The position numbers were made by a program, and so were the translations under genes. A DNA stretch of 63,919 nucleotides, the filler included, from Licmophora abbreviata (Eukaryota): assembly GCA_900291995.1 (NCBI GenBank). It is 14 parts of 14 records of this genome, joined end to end, with 100 filler letters (N's around TTAATTAATTAA, not from the genome) between each part and the next. Parts side by side here need not be neighbours in the genome. Positions count along the whole stretch, not along the records: positions 40,380 to 41,723 come from OLMU01000367.1; positions 41,824 to 59,073 come from OLMU01000368.1; 12 more parts are not named here. One strand, 5' to 3'. How positions within the stretch are numbered: the stretch's first letter is position 1; every line of letters begins with the position of its first letter. This document shows, one piece after another, positions 40,759 through 52,934 of this stretch. The notes under the pieces were generated by a model, which was given only the letters and a program-made list of their open reading frames with translations, did not search any database and had not been told where the DNA came from.

Positions 40759-43700
40759 CTAATCATCGTCGGCGTCATCGTCCTTCAGGACACGTCGCAA
40801 CTTGCTAGAAGCAGCATCGAACACAAATTCGTCCTCCTCGTCCGAGCTAGCGGCGATCGCCAGCCTCTTCAACCGTGGCTTTTCCGATGCATCCCTAGCC
40901 GCCTCTTCTGTATCGATCGCCATAACTTCGCTCGATATGGTCTCTCGCATTCGCTTCCGGGTGGACGCCTGTGACTCACCCTTGTGCATATCATCCTCTG
41001 TGTCTCCCGGTGCAGTCAGCTTATTTTTCGCTTGGGTGCCCTCGCTTGGCTTTTCCTCCTCGACAATGAATCCATCAGTCGCATTGTCGCTTTCTCCTTC
41101 TTGCAGATTTGTGGAGGGTTCCTCGCCGAACTGTACTTCGAATTCACCTTCGTCGTCATCTGCGTCTTCCTCTTCCTCCTGCTCTTTTTCGGCCGCGTTC
41201 TCGCTTTCCTCCATACGTCGATGCTCCTCCAGCAGTAGCTCACGCTCTGAAATCATGCGGAGCTCTTCATTTACATACATGTTGGAGCTCAGCTCGCAGA
41301 AACGATGGGGAACTGGGTGACGAAACAAGCACTCGACGTACAACATTGGGTTTGCCTCCGCCTGACTGGCAAACCGACAGACAATAGAGGCTGCGAATGA
41401 GATTAGCGGGGCGTACTCCGAGTCTTGTTGGATGGACTGATCGTTCAAAATCTGGTTCAGAGCAATGAGGAGCTGGATGTTGTAGAGCATCGGCTCCAAA
41501 GTTACTTTCTTCAGGGCGAGCTTGTTTCGAGGCAATGAATCGTCGTAGCCTTCGTCGTCTTCGCCAGATGCAATCTGCAGTCGAGACATTCGTAGGAAGA
41601 ACGAAATAATACGGTGATTCACGTGAGGGGCGTTCACTGCGTACTGAGAGAGCAACTGCGAATACATGAATACGGTCTGATTCGACACGATTCTGCGCAG
41701 GATGTACGACGAGAGGTCAAAGTNNNNNNNNNNNNNNNNNNNNNNNNNNNNNNNNNNNNNNNNNNNNTTAATTAATTAANNNNNNNNNNNNNNNNNNNNN
41801 NNNNNNNNNNNNNNNNNNNNNNNAAAGTCGGCGGCCGTCTGCATCATCCGCGCTACGGCGTCACCCTTCATCTTTGTTTTCTTGTCACCCTGTGCGAACG
41901 CGGCGCATGATTTCGCATTTGTCTCCAAGAGCTTTAAGGTCACGTGGCAGAGCTCTACGAGGTCACATAGATACTCGCGTGCAAACGTTCCGGGCTGCCA
42001 GCGCCCCATTAGCTTTGGCAGACGATCCAGTGGCTCGCTGGCGTAGAATAGGCGATCAAGCAGACCCAAGGCCATAATGTGTTCCGTTGAGTCCTTGGAA
42101 TTGAACATGATACTGAGAAGCTGCATCATTTCGCTGTAGAGAGCGACACTTTGTGATAGTTGAGTCCACTTTTTGAGCTCCGCAAACGTGTCGGTCGAGT
42201 TTAACACCAGATTGAAAGTGAACACATCCATGGTGAAAATCAGCTGACCCAGGGCATTGTCCGGATTGTCCTTTGGCTCCTCGAGGCCATCTTCGTCTAC
42301 CAAAGCACGACCCTTTCCAGCTACACGCCACCACTGACAGAAGAACCACACGATGCGGAAAAAGACAACGCGGTCGCCCTCCTCAAGACGGACCGAGTCG
42401 CGACGGAATTCGTTCTTAAGAGACTTCATCAGCGGCCCGTAGCAGTCCTTAAGAAACCGACGACAAAAAGAATGGAGAGCAAGCTGTGCCCGATGCGTCG
42501 CTGGGCTATTGTGCGCTGCTCCGGTATGTGCCATATGGCTAGCATAGGTGCGACCCGTACCAACAAAGGGATCTGTCTTGCGATTCTTCCGCTTGTTGGC
42601 TTGCTGCGTCGTTGCGACAGTACTCTTGCCCAACGACGTGGCGGCGGAGAGATACTGGCGCTTACCACCCGGACGGTTCACCACCAGTGTTCCGCCAAAA
42701 TGCGAGTGGCGCGCCGAGGTATTCTTGGGACGGAGTTTCTGTTTTTCGCGCTGCAGCTGGGCCGAGAGTGAGCCTTGCTTGGAGGAAGGAGGTATGGGAT
42801 TCCCCTTGTTAGTGGCAACCGACGCTGACCCGAGTTTGGGATCGAAACACATGCAGCGTGCTACCGATGTGGGATCCTGGCGGTAAAACATCAGAATATT
42901 TGTGAGGAACGCGACAGCAAGGGAATGAAGTCTTCTCGTCCTTGGTAACGTACCTGATTGCGCAGCAAGTGATTCAGCAGCTCCATCATGAGCAGATTAT
43001 ACTGTGCATTCTCGCGGGACTCCATGTCCTGCGCAATTACAAGGAAAACGTCAAAGACCAGTTCGTGTTCCAGCAAGCTCACGAGCTCATGATGAAGCTG
43101 GGCACTAGCTTGCGACGTTTCCGTGGAGCCTGTGACGTGATATTATGTCGACTTGGTGGTTAGTTACTCCATGATAGTGATACTTCAATAACAACCAGAC
43201 AGTTCTGGCGTTCGTTACTCACTCTTCAAAATGGGCTCGGCACTGAGCAAATTGCGAAACAAGTGCAACACCAACTCTATCGTGAGGTGGTCTGTCTCAC
43301 TGCGCGCCATGCCGGTCTTTGACATCGGCTCGGCCAACAAAGACACAAAGACGGACAACAATCCGCCCTCTTGCTTCTCGTTACTAGCCTTAGAAGCGGA
43401 TTTTCTGTTCTTGGTCGCGTGGTGCGAGGAATGATGGACAATTGCACGCTTGTACTCCATAAGCATGTCACTCTGTTCCAATGCATTGTCGCGCAACTTG
43501 ATTTGCTCTTGGAGAACACTACATACAGGAGAGTCAGAAGAAGAGTCAGGATGGCACCGGGGGGATACAAACGTGCGATGTTACCGGATACAATTAAGCT
43601 CTTACCTTTCCGGTACTTTGCGCGACTTGGTATCAATCACCGTTCTTCCAGCCCGCTTGGTCGTTTCGCTCAGTGGTTTCGTGAGAATGACGAGAATCTT

Positions 43701-44129
43701 GACGACCGTCAGGACAATGGCGGTATCGTATCGACAGGACAAGACCAATGGAAGTAACTTCTGCGGCATCACCTTCCACTTTCCCAATAGCAGTGATATG
43801 GGACGGTACAGGTCATCATCGCGTCTCAAGGCACGTTGCAAATCCTGCAACCAATTCAAACAGTCGGTGACCGGAATGAACTGATCTTGCTGGGTCGTTT
43901 CATCGAAAGACGTACTGCCGATTACGCCACATACGAGGAGAAGTTCGTCGACAATGCCCTTGTCGACGGACATGCGTTTCGACAAGGAATCGTCGTGACG
44001 GTCGTCGTCCATCATCATTGCAAGATGTTTGTTCGAAGAGGGATGATTCGTGGCTGGCGTGACGCGGCGAGCGGCGCCTGCTTTTCCGTCGCTGGTAGCT
44101 GCAGCAGGAGGAGAAACTGAAGAAGCCAT
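40759..44129 (-). CDS. TIMELESS: TIMELESS/Tof1 replication-fork protection protein; introns 43519-43605, 43130-43222, 42877-42953; split by a spacer
   Basis: DCLNWLQDLQRALRRDD..LGKWKVMPQKLLPL..VKILVILTKP, IELVLHLFRNLL, ARHSHFGG, YLCDLVELCHVTLKLLE, VNHRIISFFLR, EPMLYNIQLL. All splices and the 5-bp overlap keep the frame (ADFDLSSY). Confidence 0.9.
41724..41823. other. Artificial assembly spacer (flanks overlap by 5 bp, in-frame merge)
   Basis: AAAGT at 41719-41723 and 41824-41828. Confidence 0.99.
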
Positions 44130-44640
44130 GGTTGGGTGCAGTGTGGACCAAGAGAAGCTTGCATGGAAAGAGGCAAGCGACCTGTGGCGTCCGGTTTCAC
44201 TGAATGTTGTGTGCTGGGTTGCAACAACAACAAACAACAACTTTGGAGAATTCAGTACTGCATTGCTGTAGGTTTCTACACAGAGTTCGATTGCCCCCTT
44301 TCCCAAATTGGCGCACCTCCTGAAATCGACTCCCATGACTAGAATAGATTCATGATGGATGAGTCATGAGTACGATATTACTCGTGACTGAAGTTTCAGT
44401 TTGGGAACCGAAGCGTCATCCTGCACCATGACGTCGACTCCACGTTATTGAATGGTCCATGCGAACCCCAGTGTCAACACGAAAGAGAAGGTGTCAACTG
44501 CAAAACGGCGGGAACCGATGAGTTCTCAAAACTGCAAGAGGCGAAAGACACCACACATCTCTTCGTCGTCGCTGTTGCGTCGAACATCTGCCTTGCCGTG
44601 TCTTTTTCTGGCCCTCCGTGTGATTTTCCATTGCCCTACC

Positions 44641-47040
44641 ATGGCTTCTCCTCATCTTCGAAAGACGAGGTTGCGTCTGGCGCGCTCGAACAGCGGCTCG
44701 CCGTCCTTTCGTCTTTTGAACGTTCGGTCGATTTCGTCGCTTCGCAAGAGCAGTGATGACGTCTTGAGCATTGCGCCACCATCGCAACGCCGCAGTATGT
44801 CTGTCATTACCACGCCACCGGAGGATATTGAGCGATTCAAGAAAATGGGAGTCTTTGATGAGGACGGCTTGACCAAGTTCGATACGCTTCATGAAATGCA
44901 AGTCAACTCTTGTATTGCCTTTCATGACAACGAGCTCTTTGGCACGTTTGTTCCGGACAAGGGCGGTGACGGAGGAGACTATGAGTGGATGACGTATGGC
45001 GGTTACGCGGAAAAGGTGGATCGATGCCGTGCCGTCTTGAAGGAAATGGGTGCGTGCCGGAGGTGGCGATGAAAAAAGACTCTCGTGTCAACTGTGACTC
45101 TATGTTTTGGCGTGACCGAGACTCCAATAGTACGAATTCTTGCGATACTCATGCTCTCTCTCTCGCTCGCTTTCGTTCTCCTATTTCTGTGTATCAATTT
45201 TCTGTGTGACTCAGGCGTTCAAGAATACAGCAAGATTGGCATCATATCCAACAACCGTTGGGAATGGGCCACTCTCGCTGCTGCAGCCTACTCCCTCAAC
45301 GCATCGCTCGTACCCATGTACGAGGCTCAGCTGCCCAGCGACTGGACGTATATCCTGAATGACTCGCAATGCATGGCCCTCTTTTGCGCTACGCAAGATA
45401 TTTACAATCGTGTGCAGAGAGAAGTCTTGAAGAGTACTCCCAGTGTCCAGGCGACGCTGTGTTTGGATGCCGCCGAAGGCAAGACCGATGCGTTTGCAAC
45501 CGTCATGGCCAATGCCATGGTGGAACACTCCGACAGTTACATTGTCAAGCCCACTCAAGAAGACTTGGCCAATCTCATTTATACTTCCGGTACTACCGGT
45601 AAGCCAAAAGGCGTCGAGCTGACTCATCTTAACTTTGCATCCAACGTCAAGGCGGGTGTTCGCAGTATGGTCGAAGACCCGAGCGACTTTAGTCGACAGG
45701 ACGATCGCAGTTTGGCATTCTTACCATGGGCTCACTCGTACGGTCAAACGTGTGAGTTGTGGAGTGGCATTGCGCACGGAGGTAGCATGGGCATCTGTCG
45801 CGGCGTTCCTCACATTCTGGAAGACTTGCAATATGTCAAGCCCACGGTATTGTTTGCCGTCCCGACGCTCTACAAGCGCATTTACGATGGTGTACACAAC
45901 TTGATGGAAGCGGCGAGTCCGCTCCGAAAGAAAATGATGCAGGAAGCGCTTCGGCTGGGACGTGAAAATGTCGAAGTAGAGTTGGGGCATCGTCCTCCTT
46001 TGGGATTGATCGATGGAATCAAGTTCAAGGCGTTGGATTCGATTGTATTGAGTAAGATTCGGGCGCGCTTTGGTGGAAGTCTGCGTCATGGCTTTGTGGC
46101 GGGAGCGGCCTGCCCAAGCGAAGTCTTGGACTTTATGGACTGCCTCGGTATTCCGATTTGCGAAGGCTATGGTCTGACCGAGACATCGCCGATTATTACA
46201 ATCAATACACCAGATATGCGCAAGGTGGGATGTGTCGGAAAGCCTCTGGGTGGAGTGACCGTTTTTGTGATTGGGGAAGACGGAAAGCCCGTGGCCCCTG
46301 GTGGGGAAGGAGAAATTTGTTGCACTGGGCCGAACGTGATGCGAGGATACTACCGAAACCAAGAAGCGACGGACGAAGTCATTAGCGTTGCTCCCGATGG
46401 AAAGTCGAGAATGTAAGTCCACGTTAATGACTTTGCTTGGCTTTCGGTCCTGCTGAGGCGATATCTCATCTTGCCGCCCTTCCGACCCTCTTGCTTATTA
46501 TACAGGTTTCACACCGGTGACTTGGGCAGAGTTGACGAAGATGGCTTTTTGAAGGTCACAGGCAGAAAGAAGGAGCAGTACAAAATGGAGAACGGCAAGT
46601 ACGTTGTACCTACCCCCATCGAAGAGGCGATCGGGATGAGCCGTTTCATCAGTCAGGTGGTGCTTCACGGCGATAACCGTCCCTACAATGTTGTACTGAT
46701 TGTACCCGAATGGGCTGCCATCCGACAGGAGCTTAGCATTGGTGAGGACGTCAAAGAGGAAGATCTTGCGAACAATGAGAGCGTGAAGAAACTCATGGAT
46801 GACGAAATACACGATGCCTGCGCATACATGAAGAAATTTGAAGTTCCGCAGAAGTGGGCGTTCGTGGCGCCTTTTACAGCCGCCAATAGCTTGCTGACTC
46901 CCAAGATGAGCATCCGACGACACAAGGTGGTGGAGACATACCACGATGTGATTGGACATTTGTACGGCGATGATTCGGTGAGGCTCCCCAAGGTTCCGCA
47001 TCCGATTCATTCGCACGAGAATAACAAAGAGGCTGCCTGA
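44641..47040 (+). CDS. Long-chain acyl-CoA synthetase, probable mitochondrial presequence; introns 45050-45214 and 46413-46505
   Basis: YTSGTTGKPKG, FLPWAHSYG, EGYGLTETSP, GPNVMRGYY, FHTGDLG, GRKKEQYKMENGKYVVP. Confidence 0.93.
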
Positions 47041-47147
47041 TTTATGAGAGGCTAACTTTTGACGGTGACAAGACGCGATTTATATGCAGAAAAATAAAGC
47101 GTAGGACACAAATAGTAGGATGCGCAGTTTTGCACACATTATCCCAC

Positions 47148-49563
47148 TCATCTCACACCGGCTGTTGCGTTGACAGAGGTCGTCACAGAAGCGCCACTCA
47201 TTCCCCAAAACTGAGCCGGTCGGTCTTGCCAATGGTTGCTTCCCGTTTCTGCTCCACCGGCGAGTAGAAATTTCCATCCGAGGTGTGAGTAGCAGTATCT
47301 GCAATTCGCGATCGTCCACGAATACCCAGGAAACCAGCTAAGGATGAGAGCGGTAAAAGTCAGAAGTTCAACTTTGTGAGAGACAAGACTGCCAAGGTGG
47401 AGAGGGTCCCGTGCGGTCACACACCTATCACGAGTCTCCGGACTTCCCTGATAGTACATATGATCTTCGTCGACTTGGCGAAAGGTCATTGTTTGGTGAA
47501 CAATACCATATTCGTTGACTAAATGATCGGAAACAAAAAACATGAGATGACTTGCAGACGAGAAACTTGACCTCCGCTCCGCACGACTCCTTACCGTATG
47601 CTCCTGTTGTTCCTTCGGCGCCTCCGACTGTGAACATACTTGATGCTCTGGAAAGCTGTGTACGGCAAATGCGACAGCACACGATAGTTTCGTTCTTTTC
47701 TTGTTCCTGCTCCAGAACTCTGTCATAAATGTAAAAGAGTCGCTCGATTGGACATAGCATTTTGAGCAACATCAGCTTTTCGTCCTCTGTAAGTGACATG
47801 TGAGTTGCCATCCAGAAAGAAAACGCGGCAGGCTCCAGGAGCGACGTCGAATCTGTTTCTTGTCTTTCTTCTAAGGCTGGTAGATTCTTGCGGAGACCTT
47901 CAAAAGCGTCTATTCGATCCAGTGCGTTGCGAATTAAGCCTACAAGCCTCCAAGGCCAGAAGCGATTGTAAACGAAGAAAGGAAGCGGCGTCGAATGCGC
48001 CATTTGGCAGGAAATGCGATTGTGAAACTGAAAATAAGCCAGACCTGGGTCGTCGCTAGCATCTGCAGAAGATACACCAGGCTTCGACAAAACGGAAATG
48101 GAGGTAACGATAACTCGGCATCACAAAGCTCCTCACACCAGTATATCCGGACCGACGCCATATCTCCATGTCCACTGTCATCCCGTGTCTCAATGCCCTC
48201 GTCAACACATGACACAACGCGAAAACGAACGTTTCTGTTGGTAGAGGGGTGGTGCGGGTGAGAACCATCGATTCCGAGAGGAGCTTCATCCCGACATTTG
48301 TCCCACGCTTACAACTTACGTGCCCACCGCAGTCACGATGACTTGCTCCCGCTCAGCCCCAAAAGGATCTCCAACATTGACCAGATCGGTATCGTCCCCA
48401 CCATATCGATTGGCGATTATTGCCATCGTCCCAACCTTGCCAACTAAGGGATCATCTGGATCCGATGGAAACACTACTTCGGAAACATTCCGACGAGGCC
48501 GTGAGTCCTGGGGACGGTGTCGATGATTGGTATTTCCATGGCTCTCCCCGTTCTGCCCACGCGAGTGCCCAGCACTCTCCACTGATGAAATTGTTTCAAC
48601 AGGACGCGATTCGAGCTCACCCTGCTGGCGACTACGCGACGATGCTGGAGCGTCAATGTCAGAGTCCTCCTGTCTGATTGAGGAAGCCACATTGTCGCTG
48701 CTGCGAACTCCACGGCCTATCAAGCGACGGCGAACTGAGCGCTGCCGACGAACATGGGACCTCTCCGATATAACTTCATTAGTTGAAACGACATCGCTGC
48801 GAGAGGAACTTCCCAACAATCGACGGACTATTGAATTGGATCGTCCCGACTCATTCACGTTATTCTGTGCATATTCACTGGATCTCTCTATCAGTGCGTG
48901 ATTCTCTGTTGCGTTGACGTCGTCCTCGCCTTCACCGTTGCCATCCTCCATTTCGTCTTCCTCATGATCTGGAAGCCCCCCACCCTCACCAGCAGAGTGA
49001 ACTGAATCATTTTCGTCATTGCCATTATGCTCTTCCATCCCCACCTCGAGCAACAGCTCCAAAGGGATGGGCCTTCGCGGCATGGCCGTCCTCAACCACG
49101 AACGCCGCTGCCGACTCAGCGGAGGCGCTTTGCGCGTCACAACTCCGATGCACGTAGCCTCCGAAGAGGCAGGCGCATTCATATCTCCAATATAGGTTCG
49201 CCACCGGGGATTGCGAAGACGCAATGGCAGTGTTTGTCCAGGAAAGAATACGACACCGTCCAGTTCCAGAATTGCCAATTTCAAGAGTTCTCGCCGGGGA
49301 TGATCAGGATCGTTCACGGTCGTTTTCCACTGTCGGTTGCACGAACTTCGTCTCTGCTTCCGCCAAAGTGTCTCGGGGTACAGGGGATGCACTGTTCCTG
49401 GCAGATACGAGTGATGGCGCGGTATCACGGTGGGATCGTCCACTGATGCGGTGGCGTCATGTTGGGGTCGTTCTTGAGATTCGTTTCTTTCATCGTTTTG
49501 GGACTGATTCAGTACATCATTACTGCCACTCAAAGACTCATCCGAGGATTCGATGTCTGACAT
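47148..49563 (-). CDS. CRBN: Cereblon (Lon N-terminal + CULT domain); introns 48235-48319, 47519-47594, 47338-47424; frameshift near 48089-48092
   Basis: HSYL, VVFFPGQTLPLRL, FSFWMATHM, CCRIC, AYVNEYGIVHQTMT, SWFPGYSWTIANCRYCYSHLGWKF (Zn CxxC pairs and tri-Trp pocket). Confidence 0.9.
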
Positions 49564-49926
49564 GATTCATTGCATGAGAAACGAGGAATCGATCTGTTCA
49601 ACGCGGGGCAACATGACAACGTTATGGTCTGTGACCAAGCAAGAGCTTTCGACGAGACGCTTCGAAAACAAAAAGATGGAATCACACGCGAGCTCTTTTC
49701 GATCCACGACTGGCAGAGCGACGACAGCACGACTGCCCTTCCCAAATACACGGAAGTATCCAAACTGCAACGTAGAAGTCAGTACATTTTGTACGTAGCA
49801 ATGCGAACTCCGAGCGCAAGTTCAAGACTGGAGCGAAGTCCAGAGAACAAATCTCTGTGTGACGCGCGTGACGACGACACCACACAGTCTCACACACAAA
49901 CACGAAACGAGACACAACCCCACGCG

Positions 49927-50649
49927 ATGACAACACGAACGATTGAACCATCCTCGTTGCCATTGAACAAAATACCAAGACGAACGACACGACGAAAGAG
50001 AAAGCAAGGCTGTATGCTACACGTAGAACAACGAACGAGACACAGAACAATGACGCCCCAATATTTGGACTTTTCGAATCGAACGGTTGACACCACCACC
50101 ACCACTTGCAGTAGTTCCGAGCTCAATGGCGTGGACTTGTGCTTCTTGTCCTCTGGAGGGATTACAGGAGTGGGATTTCAACTTGGAGCATGGAAGAACG
50201 AAAGTGGCGACGATGAAGGAGCGGAGGATGCACGATTCGAGGTGTATCCACAGCATTGCAACATGTCAAAGGGAGGAGAACGACTCGCCAGCGACACCCC
50301 CGAGAAGAAGCGGGACACGGACGAGAACGAGACGACAATTAGACACGACACAGAGGAGATGACACCATTGAATGACCTCAAGACAGCAACGACCGAAGCG
50401 GCCTTGACCGATACATCGGTTTCCTCCTCGGAAGAAGACTTGTCGATCAGCATTGTCGGTGGTAGTAGCCCCCGACGAGTTCGCTTCCGTCAGTCAGTGC
50501 GAGTCTTGCAGTACATCAAATCCCCTCCTGAAGACTGGTCGCGACTATATTATTCCGGACACGAGCTGCAGAAGATCATTGATGACTACGACGTCGAACG
50601 CCGAGGTGCGGCAGGCATTAGTGGCATGGCCTATCTCTCGCCATTCTGA
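49927..50649 (+). CDS. Hypothetical low-complexity protein with an RVRF motif
   Basis: Open frame 49570-50649, with a likely start at MTTRTIEP; PRRVRFRQSVRV...LYYSGHELQ. Confidence 0.5.
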   Translation: MTTRTIEPSSLPLNKIPRRTTRRKRKQGCMLHVEQRTRHRTMTPQYLDFSNRTVDTTTTTCSSSELNGVDLCFLSSGGITGVGFQLGAWKNESGDDEGAEDARFEVYPQHCNMSKGGERLASDTPEKKRDTDENETTIRHDTEEMTPLNDLKTATTEAALTDTSVSSSEEDLSISIVGGSSPRRVRFRQSVRVLQYIKSPPEDWSRLYYSGHELQKIIDDYDVERRGAAGISGMAYLSPF

Positions 50650-50808
50650 CTATATCTCTGTGTTGGAGGAGGCAGAGGCCCAGAGTATATCCTGGGAGAG
50701 TTTCATAGGTAATTCCTTCTATAGAACGACGAAGGGAAACTTTGGATGGGGCCTATATAGCACTGTACATGTAGACGCCCTGCCTGGAGAGATCTGCATC
50801 TCTCATTC

Positions 50809-52078
50809 TTACACGACTGCCGCATCCGTCTTTTCGTCTTGAAACGACAGTGGTGCCGCGTAGTCCAAGGAGTTCCTATGTCGATAAAGCACATAATGCT
50901 GTGTGATGAATAGCAGATCAAAAATGATCGACACAAATCCAAGCCCAAACTTCGCAAGGTTGCCTGTAATTCCAGTAAAGTCATGAAGATCGGCGCAGTC
51001 CATGACGAGCTGCAATGTACTCAAGATGCCACCCGTAAAGTCCAGCAGTATATTCCAAATGCTCCAACCGGACGTAGACTTTCGACGATAGTTAAGGTAA
51101 GCCTGTGGCATGTACTTGATGAGCGTCACGCCCACTTTGACGAAACTCAGCCAGTAGAGATAGTCCAACCAGTTCAACGAGCCCACGTTTAGACGGATTG
51201 CGCATGCTAGCACAACGCACGTCCCGACGATACCACCCATGATCCAGGCAATCATCTTCGACGGCCTCCAGGCCTGAATGCCGTCAAAGTAGGCAATTTG
51301 CGAAAATGTCACACTGGAGAGTACCAACGCATGCACTGCAAAGGCCACGTCGTTGCTCTGTACAGTCAGCTCGGCATTCTCTCCGTATCGCTCTCGATAC
51401 AAGTCTTGGACGCTCTTACTCCAAAAGAAGGTGACATTGTAAATCGTATAGCAGGTAAATCCAATGACATTGAGCCCGCAAAAGTCGGGTGATAGACCAC
51501 GGGTCGACCGTCGTTTCAAGTTGCTAAAGACTTGTGGGTAGAATGAGACGCTCCAGGACATAAAGTACTGTATGGGACAAAACAAGAACGTAGAAACTGT
51601 AAGTTGCCTCTTTCATGTTGGGTAGTGCCCGGTGATGAGATTATAACAACCAAAGAAGCAAACGACATACCGTATATCCGATCGCACTGCTCATGTAGCG
51701 ATACCATGGTGTTGGCAACGCTTCATTCTTTGGTAAGCATAATCCCAACATTATTCCAAGAAAAACCATACACGATAGTCCCACTACAACCCCCTTAGGA
51801 TCCGAAGCATGTTCGTCCATTATGGCACTCTGGGACCGAAAAAAGGTCGCGGCCCGTCGCCACGAGGAGCGTTGCGTAGCGGCCGAGGATGCCTGACTGT
51901 TGCTACTGCGAGGCGATACTTGCAAATGATCGTCGAGTGTTAATCCTATATCACGATGAGAGCGGTTTCCTGTGTCCATGCTTGCATCAGATAGCAGAGG
52001 AGTTTCATGCGTATCTTCTTGCAGAGTTCGGCCTTCCGCGGTGTCGTACACATTAGTTTCACCGCCTTTGGAACTCAT
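50809..52078 (-). CDS. CTNS: Cystinosin (PQ-loop lysosomal/vacuolar cystine transporter); intron 51568-51670
   Basis: IGYT/YFMSWSVSFYPQ..N.KRRST.GLS.DF, VQSNDVAFAVHA, IKYMPQAYLNYRRKSTSGWSIWNILLDFTGG, KFGLG, QHYVLY. Alternative start at 52141. Confidence 0.93.
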
Positions 52079-52934
52079 GGTCTTGGGATTTCCACCTCCA
52101 GAATTCGGTCTCGAGCGAAGAAAAGAGATTCTGTTTTGCATGTACAGCGCGACTGAGATTTATAGAGGTAAAATGTGACTGAAGTGGCGGGATGACAGAA
52201 GAATGGGTTCTCTTAGAATGCTGGTTCATCATCATGGTGTTCAGATTCGATGTTTCATCGTTCATTTTCGATTTCGAAAATGTCAGTGGCATCGCCAAAA
52301 CGTCCATAGAGCTTTCTTTGTGTAGAATGTACGTAACTTCTATGATATTGAAACATATATTCTAACCTCATGACGTGATAGCCTATAATGCTTGAACTTG
52401 GTTTCCAAAAGCGATCTTGGAGTTCTGCATTTGGAAGCAAAAATCCCTGGCAGCGCGAAGCGTCCAGAAGCGCCGCCGATCGAGCCATCACGCTCGTCTG
52501 TTGCGGTGATGAAGGCACACACAAGCAACACAGCCAACCATGAGCACATCTCTGCAACCAACTCCCGCCGTGGATCCACCTCAGCTCTCTACATTTTCGG
52601 CGCGCCTCCGCCAGAGCTCAGAGGAAAGCTTGCTCTCCAAGTCACTCAATACCCACATCTTCAACAGGTAGGTCTTTCGCCGTAGATTTTGTACTGCATG
52701 CTGCGCCTGACAGAAAATTGTTTCTGGGGGTGTAGCGCGACTGAATTTGGAGAGCTGCAGCATGAGATGGCCGGTTAAAATGTCGGAAAAGAGTGAAGCA
52801 GTACTTGAAGATGAATCCTGGGACACATGGAGGCTAGCAGTGAACGGGCTAGTTTCTTTTCGGTTCTGCTTTCAAGTGGCATCCTGGTATCCACGACTGT
52901 CGTTCTCACAAATGAACATTTAATTTCCTTGCAG

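Noticed and set aside
16338..44129. RAD18, MUS81-like and TIMELESS as a fork-protection gene cluster
   Set aside because: They are spread over 28 kb with many unrelated genes and several spacers in between; chance is adequate.
49570..49926. N-terminal extension of the 359-aa ORF starting 7 bp from the cereblon start
   Set aside because: It would leave no room for divergent promoters, and the sequence looks like CA-rich UTR/promoter DNA. A start near 49927 is more plausible.
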